Notes: generated by a model from the sequence alone, not told the origin. 64,000 bases of DNA from Neophaeotheca triangularis (GCA_054600435.1 BAAIJX010000015.1:186001-250000), one strand, 5' to 3'. Counted from the first letter of the stretch, positions 33,501 through 45,600 are shown. A program made the numbers and translations.

Positions 33501-36500
33501 AATTCAGAGAACACGTGGAAGGCAAGCTCGGGATGCTGCCTCGACAGCCGTCTTGATATTTCGAACTGCGCCAGCTTGTACACGGCAGTCGTCTTATCCG
33601 AAACGCTGATATCCAGGTCTTGCAACTTGGAGGTCTTTCCTTGTCGCTCTTCAAGAGTTCGCAACACCCGGGCAGACTTCATGCGTATTTGACTGTCTTC
33701 GTTGCCGAGTGTGTAGAGTCCGGCACAGAGAATTTTCCAGAAGGGTGTTGTTACATTTGTTTTATCAGTCAGGACTTGAGTGACTACCTCAAAGTAGCTG
33801 GTCAAAGCTTTCGGCAGCCTCGCAATATAACACATGCGCATAGTCTGCGCCATCAGATACGGCTGGTCCATGTTGTGCACAATCAAGTTTTGCAAAGCCT
33901 TGCGACCGATGGCATGAGTACGGTCACTCGGCGTTTCGAAGATGGCATTGACCCATGAGAAAATGCGTCGAACGTCGAATTGCATGAGGACCTTGTTGTC
34001 CGCTACAAAGTTTAGCGGACCGGCGCAGAGCGCTGCCATGGCATTGAGCGCTGCCGTCTGCAGTTCAGTCCTGTCTTTCTCGAACTTTGCGTCGGCAATT
34101 CTCTGATTGGCGTCTACGATTCTCTGAGTTGCGTCGACGATTTTCTGATTCGAGTCCTGTTCTCGTTCGGCCACGCGTGATCGCATGTTGTCTTCCTGAC
34201 GTCTCAAGTGACTTTCGTTAGGGGAGAATCCGCACCAGTTTTCCATTAGAGCAAACGTGGCTTGTCTAGACTGGAAGGACATCCACCGCGATGAGTCCTT
34301 CAATTTGCGTGTAACCTCGTAGAGCGTCTCTGAAAGCGTACAGTAATGAGTCCTCAATGGCTGGAACTCGGTTTGGCCTTGGACCTCGGCGTCACTGAGG
34401 AAGATGCGTAGATGTTTGGCGTAGTCGACAATGTATCCTAAGACATATTCGTCCGCGATCACGGCTGGGTCGTGAAGGAGGTGGCAGGTGAGACTCAGAA
34501 GATGAGTAATTTCGGTACGGAGATTATCAGTCTCGTAGCCTCTCCGGGGACTGCTCATACTTCGCTGATGGGTGTTTAGGCGGCCTTGAGCTTCCGATTT
34601 GCATTTCTGCACTTGAGGCTGCAGACACTCAAGCAGAGTCTGGAACAATGTTGCATTGGTCGCACTAAGTCCGAGAGCTGCCGCCTTTCGAACCGAAGGG
34701 TTGTGTGCTGACAAGAAGCGCACGACTTGAGGGAACAGTTCTGATGCTGAAGCAATTTTGTCCTGGCTAGTCGAAGAAGACTTGGAGCTCTTCCGGGTGT
34801 GTTGCGAGTTTTGGCTCGACACAGGTTGGTGACCATGATTTTGATTCTGGCCGCCGCCGATGTTCGTTAAAGTCGTGCAAGCGAAAATTAGATGGAGCTT
34901 CCATTGGTCTATAATGATCTTCGGCTGGGAGCTGGTCAATCTGGCGTTAGGCCTACCAGTGGTGAACGCCTGCTCAAAAGCCGCGTACGGTGTTTGTCTC
35001 GTGTCTCCGGCAAGCTCCTTGATGGTGTCGAAGCTGTGAGAAAGACGCTTGCATACTATCTCGCGCGTCAAGACAACAGCGTGTGCACATATTTCTGAAC
35101 TGAGGCGGACCAAGGTAGGAAAAGCCTTGAACCAGAGGCTGGCATCCGGAGAGCCGTCGCTGGAGCACAGTTCCACAAGCGTCCCGTTGACGTTACTTCT
35201 GCGGAGGCCTCTCTGCAGTCTGCTGCGTTCTGCTAGGGAAAGACGCTCGTCATTGACATCGATGACCTGTTGAGAGCTGCCATCGAGAATGCTGATGATT
35301 CGTGTGCTTGGTTTGCCGACAAGAGCGGTCTCGAACTTGGTGATTAAGCGCAGAACGTTGATTGCAACAGCCCTCACAGCACGCGAGGGCGAGCAAAGGA
35401 AGAATAGACCATGGGCTTCGATCTCGTCGACTTGTGCGAGGATACTTGACATGTCGAGGGGAAGTTGCCGGCTTCCGGGCTCTTCGCTGTCGGACGGCTC
35501 CAGGACTGCTTTACGGGTCCTTTGCTGGATGTCATCGATCCAGATTTCGAGTAGCTCCACGTAGAGCTTTAGCGTGTTCTCGATATGGCCGGGCCCCAGC
35601 AATCCTCCATCTGATACCGTGGCATAGCGGTCGTCGAACTTGAATATGAAACGCGCAAATCCAACTGTGACAGGCTGCGCATGTGATTGACGAGCAATGG
35701 ATTTTAGGGATTGAGCTGAGGAATTGGCGATGTGCGATTGGACGTGCGCTGTGCCTGTGCAGAGAAGGTTGACGAGTGAGTTGATGGGTAAGTGTGGCGA
35801 CAGACAGCGTGGCAGGGCTTCTACGGCGACATGAAGCAAATCGTAATAGTGCTGTCGTAAATCCGTCGGGTTCATCGCGTCGTCTCGCTTGTTGAACGTA
35901 AAAGCCTCAGCCATTGGAGTCTTGACATTGTGAGTCGGATATTTCTCGTCCAAGACAGCCTGACCACCAAATGTGTTGTCGCAGATGATAGTCAGGTGAC
36001 CAAGGATTTTGCAAAACCTGCCGTAATAGTCCTTCGCTACATCGTTGAAATTGGCTGTCATCACAGGACGCGAGAGCCTCTCAGTCCTGCCGGCAGAGAC
36101 TGCAAATCCTTGTGATCGTGTCCTTCTGTGCACTGCGGGAGTCCGTGATTGCGTGTCCATAAGCGAGTCGCACTCGAAAGTGATAGGGAACGGCGGTGCC
36201 TCCCCTTTCTCGAGGTCAGACATCACGGCAAGAAAAGCGCGGATAGCGATGACGGTCTTCTCTGGGTCCAGACTCTCGATTTTGAGATCTCGGTCGGCGT
36301 TTGCGAAGAGTTCCGAGTTCATCAAGGGGAAGATGATGGTTCTGAAGCAAAGATCCTGATGCCTGAATCCGATGATTCGAATAAGCTGAATGAGAGGATC
36401 TGCTATGATCGGGTCGGTGGAGATGAGGAAGCGCTTTCCACCCTGAAAGACCAGCTTCACGATCTCGTCTAACTTCCGCTGCATAGCATTCACTCCATCA

Positions 36501-38404
36501 TTCATCCGGTACAAGTAACGCCAAACGAGCCGACAGATTGCCTTTAGAGAATGAGATCTTCCAGCTCGGTCCCTAGCCTTGGGCTGGAACGATGTCACAA
36601 TCGACAACCACTGCGACATGAAGGTTTCTGCAGGGGAGACGCACAGCATGACCGCCTGCAGAGGATAAACGTAGGGCCAGTGATCAGCTTTGGCAAGCAT
36701 TGTCGTCACTTTGGGTTGAATAGTGTTGATGACGCTCTTCCACTTCGCTGAGTTCAATTCCATCGTTGCTCTTGCTGCGATGGGCAGGAATAAGTGCTCA
36801 AAGAGACCAGCATAAGCGTGCTTCATGGTGCGACCATGGACTTCGGCGAAGAACTTGGCCAGTAGATGGAGGGTAGCACACGAATGTATCCAAGAATCTT
36901 CGGGCGAAACCTGAATCCTCAACCAGCGCATGCTTTGCACAAGGAGTGCAGTCTTAGATGCCAATTTCTGGTCGGCCATGCCCTTGATGCGTAACTGCTG
37001 TTGCGCTTTCGCGAGATCTTGAATGAAACGGTCCGAGACTTCCTCGAATCGAAGTCCACTCATAACGCCCAGTAGCTGGCCTCTGATGGCCCAGTTGGCG
37101 CGCTTCAAATGCGATGTAGCCAGCGACTCAGGTTCTGCGTTTTGTAATTGACCATAGATGACATCTTCCAACCTGTCCGCGGTATTCAGTGTCGTATCGG
37201 AACCGTTCAGGGCTTTGAGAGTTGTCTGCCCGATAATCTCTATCAAAACGCGGCACAAAATATAGACTGACGCCAGTGATCTCCTTTCCGACATTGCCAT
37301 GTTGAGCTCGAGTACTGCTATAGTTTCTCCGGCTGCAGGCAGCGTAATCCCAGAGCCATTGTTGTACTGCCTGTTGGTGACGGCGTCCCTAGCGACTTGG
37401 AGATCGTGGAACAGCATGTTTGCAGCGTCGGCCTTCTTTTTGCGCCAGTGAATCACAGAGTCGATTAATGATTTTGGCTTGTGCCTGTTGATATGTCCCA
37501 GCGACGAGATGAGCTGATCAAAGGCTGGATCCGTGTTTGGACCACACACGTCCTCGATGCGCGGTTCAGCCTCACCCTGGCGGAACATGCACCTTTCGAT
37601 GCGCCCGTCTGCCTCGGCAATGAAAGAAGTGAACAGGTGATGGAGCGCATACTCTCCCACGGTCACCAATTCCGGCTGCACTTGTGGCTTTCCTGGGCCC
37701 GGTGCTCTAGACTGCGATCGGTGGCGTTCAGGAGGGCGCTTGTTGCGAGAGCTGTGCATTCTCTCAGGCCGCTTTCCCGAACTACTTTGCTCGAAGCTCT
37801 TTGTCATGGGCGCGCTTGCAGGACTGTGACCATTACTGTGCAGAGTGGACATCGAAGGGCTTTTCTTAAGCCCTCCAGCGTTGAGATATGAACCTCCATT
37901 CTCCTGACCGGCAGTCGCCACGATATTGTGTGCGCCCAACGGACTGGTATTTGCTGAAGCCAACATGCTCGGGTTCCTCGAATGCTGGACCCCATGCACT
38001 ATGGAAGTCTGGCGATGATGACCGTATGAGACCGAGGGCTTGCGCTCGACGTCTAGGCTCTGTTTGGGTTTTGCTGCCTGAGGCCCGGGTGTGACACCTC
38101 GCGGCGAGGCATTGCGTGCGTTTGTCGCACTGAGCGCTCGACCTCTGGTGTTTGGCGCGGTGGGCGGAGGGATGATCAGAGGTTCCGGCGGCGGGCTCGC
38201 GCTCAGGGCGGGAGGATGAGGGGCGGGAGAGGAGACGGCATCGTGGGGCTCGGGCACGGCTGGTGAGACGGCAGGAGTCGTCAGTAAAGCTGTGGAAGAC
38301 GAGTCTGCGCATGCTGTGGGCTGTAACGAGACAGGCGACAGCTGCTGCACACCGATAGGGCCGCGAGTCGGCGAGGCAATCTCGGGGAGGCAGCACTCAC
38401 TCAT
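30596..38404 (-). CDS. TAO3: Cell morphogenesis scaffold TAO3/PAG1/Mor2 (Furry family, RAM/MOR network)
   Basis: Uninterrupted 2602-aa ORF. Motifs ALHHLFTSF..FDQLISSLGHI, LCTGTAHV, WATSCAVRHVACRSFQIFR, QLFWTTCACL and SLYGIPEESGWSIP. Confidence 0.93.
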   Translation of the reverse strand: MSECCLPEIASPTRGPIGVQQLSPVSLQPTACADSSSTALLTTPAVSPAVPEPHDAVSSPAPHPPALSASPPPEPLIIPPPTAPNTRGRALSATNARNASPRGVTPGPQAAKPKQSLDVERKPSVSYGHHRQTSIVHGVQHSRNPSMLASANTSPLGAHNIVATAGQENGGSYLNAGGLKKSPSMSTLHSNGHSPASAPMTKSFEQSSSGKRPERMHSSRNKRPPERHRSQSRAPGPGKPQVQPELVTVGEYALHHLFTSFIAEADGRIERCMFRQGEAEPRIEDVCGPNTDPAFDQLISSLGHINRHKPKSLIDSVIHWRKKKADAANMLFHDLQVARDAVTNRQYNNGSGITLPAAGETIAVLELNMAMSERRSLASVYILCRVLIEIIGQTTLKALNGSDTTLNTADRLEDVIYGQLQNAEPESLATSHLKRANWAIRGQLLGVMSGLRFEEVSDRFIQDLAKAQQQLRIKGMADQKLASKTALLVQSMRWLRIQVSPEDSWIHSCATLHLLAKFFAEVHGRTMKHAYAGLFEHLFLPIAARATMELNSAKWKSVINTIQPKVTTMLAKADHWPYVYPLQAVMLCVSPAETFMSQWLSIVTSFQPKARDRAGRSHSLKAICRLVWRYLYRMNDGVNAMQRKLDEIVKLVFQGGKRFLISTDPIIADPLIQLIRIIGFRHQDLCFRTIIFPLMNSELFANADRDLKIESLDPEKTVIAIRAFLAVMSDLEKGEAPPFPITFECDSLMDTQSRTPAVHRRTRSQGFAVSAGRTERLSRPVMTANFNDVAKDYYGRFCKILGHLTIICDNTFGGQAVLDEKYPTHNVKTPMAEAFTFNKRDDAMNPTDLRQHYYDLLHVAVEALPRCLSPHLPINSLVNLLCTGTAHVQSHIANSSAQSLKSIARQSHAQPVTVGFARFIFKFDDRYATVSDGGLLGPGHIENTLKLYVELLEIWIDDIQQRTRKAVLEPSDSEEPGSRQLPLDMSSILAQVDEIEAHGLFFLCSPSRAVRAVAINVLRLITKFETALVGKPSTRIISILDGSSQQVIDVNDERLSLAERSRLQRGLRRSNVNGTLVELCSSDGSPDASLWFKAFPTLVRLSSEICAHAVVLTREIVCKRLSHSFDTIKELAGDTRQTPYAAFEQAFTTGRPNARLTSSQPKIIIDQWKLHLIFACTTLTNIGGGQNQNHGHQPVSSQNSQHTRKSSKSSSTSQDKIASASELFPQVVRFLSAHNPSVRKAAALGLSATNATLFQTLLECLQPQVQKCKSEAQGRLNTHQRSMSSPRRGYETDNLRTEITHLLSLTCHLLHDPAVIADEYVLGYIVDYAKHLRIFLSDAEVQGQTEFQPLRTHYCTLSETLYEVTRKLKDSSRWMSFQSRQATFALMENWCGFSPNESHLRRQEDNMRSRVAEREQDSNQKIVDATQRIVDANQRIADAKFEKDRTELQTAALNAMAALCAGPLNFVADNKVLMQFDVRRIFSWVNAIFETPSDRTHAIGRKALQNLIVHNMDQPYLMAQTMRMCYIARLPKALTSYFEVVTQVLTDKTNVTTPFWKILCAGLYTLGNEDSQIRMKSARVLRTLEERQGKTSKLQDLDISVSDKTTAVYKLAQFEISRRLSRQHPELAFHVFSEFSAYFNELQPDHQRNMVSGMLPWIQTIELQLDPNGGPTPTSYMLLVNLFEITVKSSITLHNEIQALWQALATGPYGGNVQLVLEFIIAVCLDKKEQNFVIYAKQIVVFLSSTPAGAKVVEYLLLQICPRTMVAERKPPIHAPQDTAGLPYIADLATALPSGTKQSGLSLGQLSMILLVDLIVSPTQLPADTVPTLLQVILVQWDQYTSIVQDQAREMLVHMIHELVISKIEPGSTKPDKKSIEDFIESVRRHDQKITWSYADSEIRPGEENGLAVSEPMAYVVEEVVRIFSVTYPGIREEWGKVTLAWATSCAVRHVACRSFQIFRCISTTLDQQMLADMLARLSNTIADDENHDYLVFSLEILTTLRSIIDALEPMALLQYGQLFWTTCACLDTIFENEFQEGLSMLQLLLSKMDLSDPAALDMLRRKQPPTWEGGFYGVHALIYKGVRSSRSTYRSLQVMERLIKFPSNDIVGADDRLLFTILANLPRYLRHFNDPLEDAGCFESADTLAFAAEGQALFDIAKALRGFATMRYRNERDFLAHTIAACRAAFFPSLEFSSLVFLLGMVNNQTDWFKVKSMQVLSVILSDTDMRKPEIASQGPDLISPLLRLLQTEHCQQALGVLDNVIDMTGTPLDNKHLRMSMAGSHTSRATRKEYDNTKSLYGIPEESGWSIPMPAIHSARTRSNVHAVFYTLAEHGNGDPQPSTTTPEIPFEHDEYQTDTYFGEHAATIQSDDMRLDGNMGDLAMKLDSLDDFFDEESDTTSPLEQDGAPRYPSLVEEREHLYDQQALPILHRSLKRNASVTSFQTGFAEMRYPTSQQQPAIMNPGAFAHNAAASGLPPSRPGLHNRSVTSPVMASKPPRPRIPKNDNNSGSAVVSGDEGETETEPFSDDDMNISRAHTVDDNQGPQGPFKPVGFKAFRQGLRRLTNSGSRGEGGSRSAGNGPARPGVPKVPAMYRQDPVSAEP

Positions 38405-39430
38405 TTTCCGGCTCGACCTGCCAGAGTGGGCATTGCACGTTTTGTCACTTCCCGGTCAAGAATCCGCGCGTCATGTCACGTCGCTGCCAGTTTCCAATTG
38501 CTTGGGGTGAAGTGGTGATATTTGGGGGACCTCGTAGGTGGAGGTAAGGCAGGTCGTGCTTGGACAGGATTGCCGGAGGCGGGGAGAAGTCGCAAGTCGG
38601 TATGCGCGCGAGTACCGATCAAGTAAGGTAAGGCACGTAAGAGGGTGCTTAAGTTATCACCTACTACAACTAGAGTAACTTGTTAGGCGTGGACTGCCCT
38701 TTTTGCCCGTGGATCGCGGAATTGGGAATCCCAGGTCGGCGGACACAACCTACTAGCCTTGCCGCTGCGCACACTTAACCTAATTAATGGGCGAGATCAT
38801 GTGGGCAGCCGAAAGGTTTTTTGGCGTTTGGTTCCTGCAGAAAGACGCGTGCGGGGACCAATCACGTGTGACGGCTGATGAAAGTATTCCGGTATTCTGT
38901 AAGGTATTTATTATTATTCACGAGTTCAATCCAGGCGATGGCAATCGTCCAATGTGTCGAAATCTCAGACGTTATTGTACTGTAGTAAAATCCCAGGACA
39001 TGTGCTTACAGCTCACATAACTTCTACAGGCCCAGCAAGGCTACTAGTATAGCCGGCCTCACAAGAAACAGGAGGATTTGTCCGCTTAAATCGCTCCTTT
39101 CTACACATCCACCTTGGTGCTTCTCATCAAGGCGCCGCACCATACCCTCGCGATACACCTGAGTTGTCAAAAGAGACGGTCCGAACGATTCAGCCACCAC
39201 CGCATACAATGCCCTTTGTATATCTGCGCACTTACACCAAGCGCAAAGAGCTACTGGTGCTTGTTAGGGTAGTCAGTCGCTGCAAATATAGCAACACTTG
39301 GTTGCGGTGCGGCCAGCATGTCGCTGTGAAGTCGCCGTGAGCATTGACTTGCAACATGATTCACAGGAGCCAGGCGGTGGCGGCGTAATTGTTGTCCCTC
39401 GAAGTCTTCAATTTGTCCCCACTTGGCACT

Positions 39431-40393
39431 TTAAGAAAAGATACCCTTCAGAACATCTGTCACCTCATTGGAAACTTTCCCTCGCCCTTGCTCCTTGCCT
39501 TGGCCTTTGACCTTGCTCTGCGTGAAGGTCATTGGCTTTTTGCCCTTGGCTCGGGCCTCCCCGTCCTGGCCCTGGCCCTTTGCTTTCCGCTTCTCGTCTC
39601 TCCCTTCCATCATTTTTCCCCTCTCAAAATCCTCCGCGAACTTCTTGTTCTCTGTTCTCGTTCTTCTCACTTCTTCTCTCAACCTCGCAACCCTCTCCGC
39701 ATTTTCGTTCCTTAATTGCTCGTCTAGATGAGCCCACTTGACCCCTTTCAAGAATTTGAGATTCCACAGATCGTCGTGGTAGAAGTTGCCCTTCTTGCCC
39801 CCAATGATGTTCCCATTTAGCACCTCCGCTGCCATTTTCGCCTCTTTCTTACTGACAAACTCAACCCAGCCGTCCGTGAAGGATTTCTTTTTATTGCCTC
39901 CAGACTTGACCCGGCGAGTATGTTGACCGTGGTCCTCGGGCGTCAGAAAGATTCGACCAAGTCCGCTGGGAGCATGGGGGGACAAAAAGTGTTTCAACGT
40001 CGATGGCTTCATGAATGGTGGCACGCGGGATATGTAGAGAACGCCTGACTTCCGAGCGGCTTTTTCGGCTGCAGCGACTTGTTTGGGTGTGGAGGGTTTG
40101 GCCAGAGACTTTGCGGATTTGGATCTCGCAACTGATTGCTCCTCTTCATCTGCACCATTCGTCGTGCTCGCTGCGTGATCCAGACTCTCGCGTTGAGTCG
40201 CAGCCTCCTGCTTTTCCTCTTCGAATTCATCGAAAGACTCATCGTCGGAGTCTGCATCGAACTTGCGCCGCTTATTGGCGCCTTTGCCGAATACGCCTCG
40301 ACTTTCCTCTTGCTCTTCTGAGTCTGAGCCATTGTGGAGCTCGTCCTCGCTGTCGCCACCGTCGAGGTACTCGTTGTGTTTGCGAACGGACAT
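39431..40393 (-). CDS. ESF2: Pre-rRNA-processing protein ESF2 (ABT1 family)
   Basis: GVLYISRVPPFMKP, GRIFLTPED, FTDGWVEF, IGGKKGNFYHDDLWNLKFL; acidic N-terminus. Confidence 0.95.
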   Translation of the reverse strand: MSVRKHNEYLDGGDSEDELHNGSDSEEQEESRGVFGKGANKRRKFDADSDDESFDEFEEEKQEAATQRESLDHAASTTNGADEEEQSVARSKSAKSLAKPSTPKQVAAAEKAARKSGVLYISRVPPFMKPSTLKHFLSPHAPSGLGRIFLTPEDHGQHTRRVKSGGNKKKSFTDGWVEFVSKKEAKMAAEVLNGNIIGGKKGNFYHDDLWNLKFLKGVKWAHLDEQLRNENAERVARLREEVRRTRTENKKFAEDFERGKMMEGRDEKRKAKGQGQDGEARAKGKKPMTFTQSKVKGQGKEQGRGKVSNEVTDVLKGIFS

Positions 40394-42656
40394 GTTGTAG
40401 ACTTTAAGGTGAGGATAATGGCGGGTGGGTAGCTACATAGGTAGGTATTTTTGAGAATTTGGAAAGTCGGAGAACAAAAGCCCGGGTCAATTTGATGCGG
40501 GGTGAAAACGGGGGTGGGGACGCTTGTATGCGATGTTGGCGATGAAGCTCAGGCGGCTCGGGCTGGCTTGCGAGCTGTCGGTCTCCTTTTCAAGAAAGAT
40601 GTCATTATTAAGTCAAGAACCTTAAGCCAGGAAAAATGTGAGATGAGATGAAGACGATAGCGATAGTAGTCTTGATTTAATGTATATCATGCAGCATAGA
40701 TGTACAGACACAGGCCTTCTCGCCTCATCTTAGTTCCGGGCCTAACAGTACCAACCTGACCGTACCGTCTCGCGGGTATGGATATGAAGACAACAACCCG
40801 TCCAGAACAACACGCAAGCGGCTTTGCGCTCATGCTTCGTTTCCATCTGATACCTCTGCTACCTGTGCTCCCTTGAAAGCCATCGGCACCCTCGACGCAA
40901 AAAACGTAGGTCACAAAGCTGCAAATTCAACTCGCGGACCTCCACTTGCCATCATACGGCACAATGCTATCAAGCATTTGCGGTACGGCAAGGTAGCTTC
41001 AGAACTGGAAGCAGCCACCCGCTCTCGAAGCTCGAAGCTCGTTTCATCGCAGATATCGGGGTCGCCAGTGATACTTCGATAGGTCAAGGTGATGGTCCAC
41101 TTTGTTGATGTCCGTGGGGCGTTCAGTAGTAGCGTCGAAGCGAAATCTCTTTGCAAAGGTTCCATCGCTGGCGGGCTCTCCAGTGTACTCATGACAGTCT
41201 GGAAGTGCGATGGAATACATCCCGTTGGGTGTGCTCCAGGTATTGGGCGGCGAATGTATGGTGATTCACCATGACCGGTAGTCGAAGCTAGTCCGGCCAA
41301 CGGCTCATGTCAATTTGCGGTATATTTTGCTGTCTCAAGCGAAGAGATATAGGGCAGCGTACGCCAGAACCACCAGTGGAACGAGTGGTAGCATTTCGGA
41401 GGTAGTCTTTTGCTGGATTGGAGTCGTTATACGTTTGGAGTCGCGCTGGCTCGTATGCTCCTGGGTTATGTTCTCGATGTCGAGGCGTCTGCAAGGTAGG
41501 CCGTGAAGGGTGTAAAGAAGAAACAAGGGCACCCTCTGACATACCTATATACCTTGCACCGTCACGCGCATGTCTACTAAACTAGCCAGGTAAGGTAGTC
41601 ACACGCCGGAGGTACATTCTGCGTGATAACGGATTCTCGGTGCATGCAGTAGGGTAAAAGTATCTTCTCGCCGTATCCGCGATATCGTATGGTACGGTGT
41701 GGCTCGGCGGTCGCGGAATCGTCTCATCATGCCGGTTAGAAGCGAAAAGTCAAGGTCCGAGTACCTAAAAGAGGCATTCTAGCATACTACAAGGTATAAA
41801 AGCGGGCTGACTCCAAGCCGCGGCTTTTCGCGTTCGATGGGGAAAGGCCCTGCTAGGCTGTTACAGGGACGTGTGTATATTATTGAGATCAGTTAGATCT
41901 ATCCGCACTGTAATGGCGATATGGTCAATTGTGGATACCAATAGTGCATGTCGCTCAAACGCCCCGCGTTTCCAATGACGCCGTTCGGGCCTCTACACTA
42001 TAGTACCTGGGTAGGTATCACGATGCTAATAATAATAATGACCAAGAAGCCTGCGCTCGCAAACCCTCGGCTGGCCAACTGCATGTCTCGTCACGGCGTC
42101 CTGGCTACCTAGGTACCTACTCCAAATCTCATTGCAGCTCTTGCCCTAGTCGCTAGAATATCATCTCCGATTGTTAGGAGACAGAGCATGGATACCGTGC
42201 TCTAGAGATGACCAACAAAGTGTTGTTCGGCGAGAGGAGCAACCAAAAGGTAGGTAAGGTAGGTACTTTCGAGCCAGGTGTGATGTCGTGCCTATGGGTT
42301 ACGGCCAGCGCGTGGGCCAGATACGAGAAAAATATGGAGAGAACCTTGGAGCGTTTCTGGCTGCCCAAGGAAGCCGCCCAATCGATACCGCCAGACGTCC
42401 ACAACGTGAGGTATAGGTACTAAGGTATGTAAAAGTAGGTAGCGTCCGTCCATGTTGTCGTACTTCTTCACGAGCCGTCGCGAGGCTCAGGCAGTCGCAT
42501 CGGAGATAAGATGAGATTGATCCGCGTGGTCAAACCGAAGTTCGTCCGACTTCACCTTTTGCCTTCACCAAGTTAGTACTCAGAGCTCGTCTACCTAGGT
42601 AGTCAAACCAATTCCACTGAACGTCTTCTTCGGCCCTCACAACTCGACTGTCTACC

Positions 42657-45600
42657 ATGGAGGAGCTCGAAGGTCTAGACGACCTGTCCTTGCAGGCCAG
42701 GGTCACCTCGGAAATCGCAAACTACATGGGCATTCGTGACAGCAACGTTGCAGGCTTCGTTATCGCGGAACACGCCAAAGGCAGCGGAGCCTTTAGAGCG
42801 TCGATGAAAGAATTCGAGTTCCCTGAGAGCCTTATATCCTCTATCGATCGCCTCGTCAGCACATTGCAGCCGCAGCAAGACAATGGCGCAACGAATCATG
42901 GCGGCGCAAACAAAAGCGACAGCGTGAAAAGCCAGAAACTGTCTGGCTTGGCTCTGCCCGACGGGCTGCCTGACTTTGGGGAGGAGAAGGAGAAAGCGGA
43001 GAAAGGTATGGACGATACTTTTGCGGAGCTGGAAGGCTTGTCGAAACCTACCAACGGACGCAAGCGAAGCATGTCACCCATAAATGCGCACGCGCAGGAG
43101 CGTGGTAACAAACGATCTCGACGGTCCCGGAGTCCAAAGCGGAACAATGACTACGTCTTCGAGGATGAGTTCGGTCGTACGCGCACTTACAGGTCAGACC
43201 GATCCCCCAAGCGTGGGAGGAAGCGACGCGATTCATACGACCGGCCTCCCCCCGCTGAGGTAGACGAAGAGCCGGTGCCATTCAAGATCTACGATGGTAG
43301 GGTGACAGGCGTGAAGGATTTCGGCTGCTTTGTCAATCTCTACAACGTGAAAGGCAGAGTAGACGGGCTCGTCCATGTTTCTGCCATGGCAGAAGGAAAG
43401 GTCAATCACCCAAGCGATCTGGTTGCGAGAGATCAAGAAGTTAAGGTCAAAGTCATGAAGGTGCAGGATAAGCGCATCAGTTTGAGCATGGCAGAGGTCG
43501 ATCAGGTTACTGGCCAAGACCTGCAACCTGGCAGGAGGATGCAAAGCGCTGGCACGGGAGCGAACGCGACGGGCTTGAAAGGCGAGGCTGGAGGCGGTTT
43601 TGGTGCTGGCGTTCCCGTCGTAGAGGGCAATTTCCGGGGGAACAAGCGCAACAAAAAGAGGATGACGAGTCCCGAGCGGTGGGAAATACGGCAGCTTATA
43701 GCTTCTGGTGTTGTCAAGGCCGCCGACTATCCCGACCTGGACGAGGAACATAACGCCGCAATCAGCGGAGAGCAAATCGAGGAAGAGGAAGATGTAGACA
43801 TCGAAGTCAAAGAAGACGAGCCCCCATTCCTTGCTGGCCAAACCAAGCAATCTCTGGAACTCAGCCCTATCCGAGTGATCAAGGCACCGGAGGGTAGCAT
43901 GAACAAAGCAGCAATGGAGAGCGATGTCCTGGCGAGAAGCAGGAGGGACTTGCGCCAACAAGAAGCTCAAGACAAAGCAGCCGAAGAAGCAGCAAAGACA
44001 GATCTGGGCCAGGAATGGAACGATCCCATGGTTCAGCCCGGCGAGCGTCGCTTTGCCAGCGACCTTCGCCAGCCTACACAAGATGTCCCGACAGAACTGC
44101 CAGAGTGGAAGAAGATATCCACAGGCCGTGGCGATCGTGGAAAGAAGACGAAAATGTCAATGAAAGAACAGCGAGAATCGCTACCCGCCTTCAAGATGCG
44201 CGATCAATTCATCCAGGCTGTGCAACAGTACCAGCTTCTCATCGTCGTTGGCGATACCGGCTCGGGCAAGACTACGCAGCTCACACAGTATCTCGCTGAG
44301 GCTGGCTTCGCTGACAGAGGCGTCATTGGATGTACTCAGCCACGACGAGTTGCAGCGGTCTCCGTTGCAGGACGTGTCAGTGACGAGGTCGGGTGCAGAT
44401 TAGGTGACGAGGTCGGGTACACAATCCGGTTCGAAGATAAGACAAACGAGAAGACGCGCATCAAGTACATGACCGACGGTATCATGCAGCGCGAGATCCT
44501 TTTGGACCCCTCGCTCAGCAGGTATAGTGCCATAATGCTGGACGAAGCACACGAGCGGACTATTGCAACCGATGTCCTCTTCGGGCTGCTCAAAAAGACG
44601 CTAAAGCTACGACCCGACATGAAACTCATCGTCACTTCGGCTACTCTGGACGCTGAGAAATTCAGCAACTACTTCAATCAATGCCCGATTCTCAGCATAC
44701 CCGGTCGAACGTATCCCGTCGAGATCATGTACGCACGCGAGCCAGAAAGCGATTACTTGGACGCGGCCCTGACTTCAGTGATGGAGATACATCTCAATCA
44801 AGAACCGGGCGATATCCTGCTGTTTCTGACGGGCAAAGAAGAAATTGATACTTCCTGCGAGATTTTGACCGAACGGATGAAGGCTTTGGGCAAGGGCATT
44901 CCGGAGCTCGAGATTCTGCCCATCTACGGCGCGCTTCCGTCCGAAACTGCAAGCAAGATTTTCGAGCCTCCTCCCGAAGGTGGAAGAAAGGTCGTTATTG
45001 CGACAAACATTGCTGAGACGTCAATCACGATTGACGGGATATTCTACGTGGTAGACCCTGGATTTGTGAAACAGAGTGCTTATGATGCGAAGCTGGGCAT
45101 GGACAGACTACAAGTAACTCCAATTTCTCAGGCGCAAGCCAAGCAGCGGGCTGGTCGTGCTGGTCGTACGGGTCCTGGAAAGTGTTTCAGACTTTACACA
45201 GAAGCGGCGTTTCAGAGCGAGATGCTGCCAACGACTATTCCAGAGATCCAGCGCCAGAACCTAGCCAACACGATTCTGATGCTCAAAGCGATGGGCATCA
45301 ACGACCTCCTTAACTTTGGTTTCATGGATCCACCACCGACCAATACCATGTTGACAGCGCTTGAGGAGCTTTACGCACTCTCGGCTTTGGACGACGAAGG
45401 ACTTTTGACCCGCCTCGGACGCCGAATGGCTGATTTTCCGATGGAACCGCCCCTTGCCAAGTCCTTGATAATTTCGGTTGAGTTAGGCTGCAGTGAGGAA
45501 ATGCTTTCTATTGTCGCTATGATCAGTGGGGCTCAAAGCGTCTTCCATCGACCAAAGGAGAAGCAGCAACAGGCCGACCAGAAGAAGGCCAAATTCTTCG

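Noticed and set aside
38920..38935. B-box-like GAGTTCAATCC suggesting a tRNA
   Set aside because: No A-box or cloverleaf pairing around it.
40545..40652. PAC/RRPE-like motifs upstream of ESF2
   Set aside because: Only partial matches (GATGAG, GAAAAATGT); plausible but not distinguishable from chance by eye.
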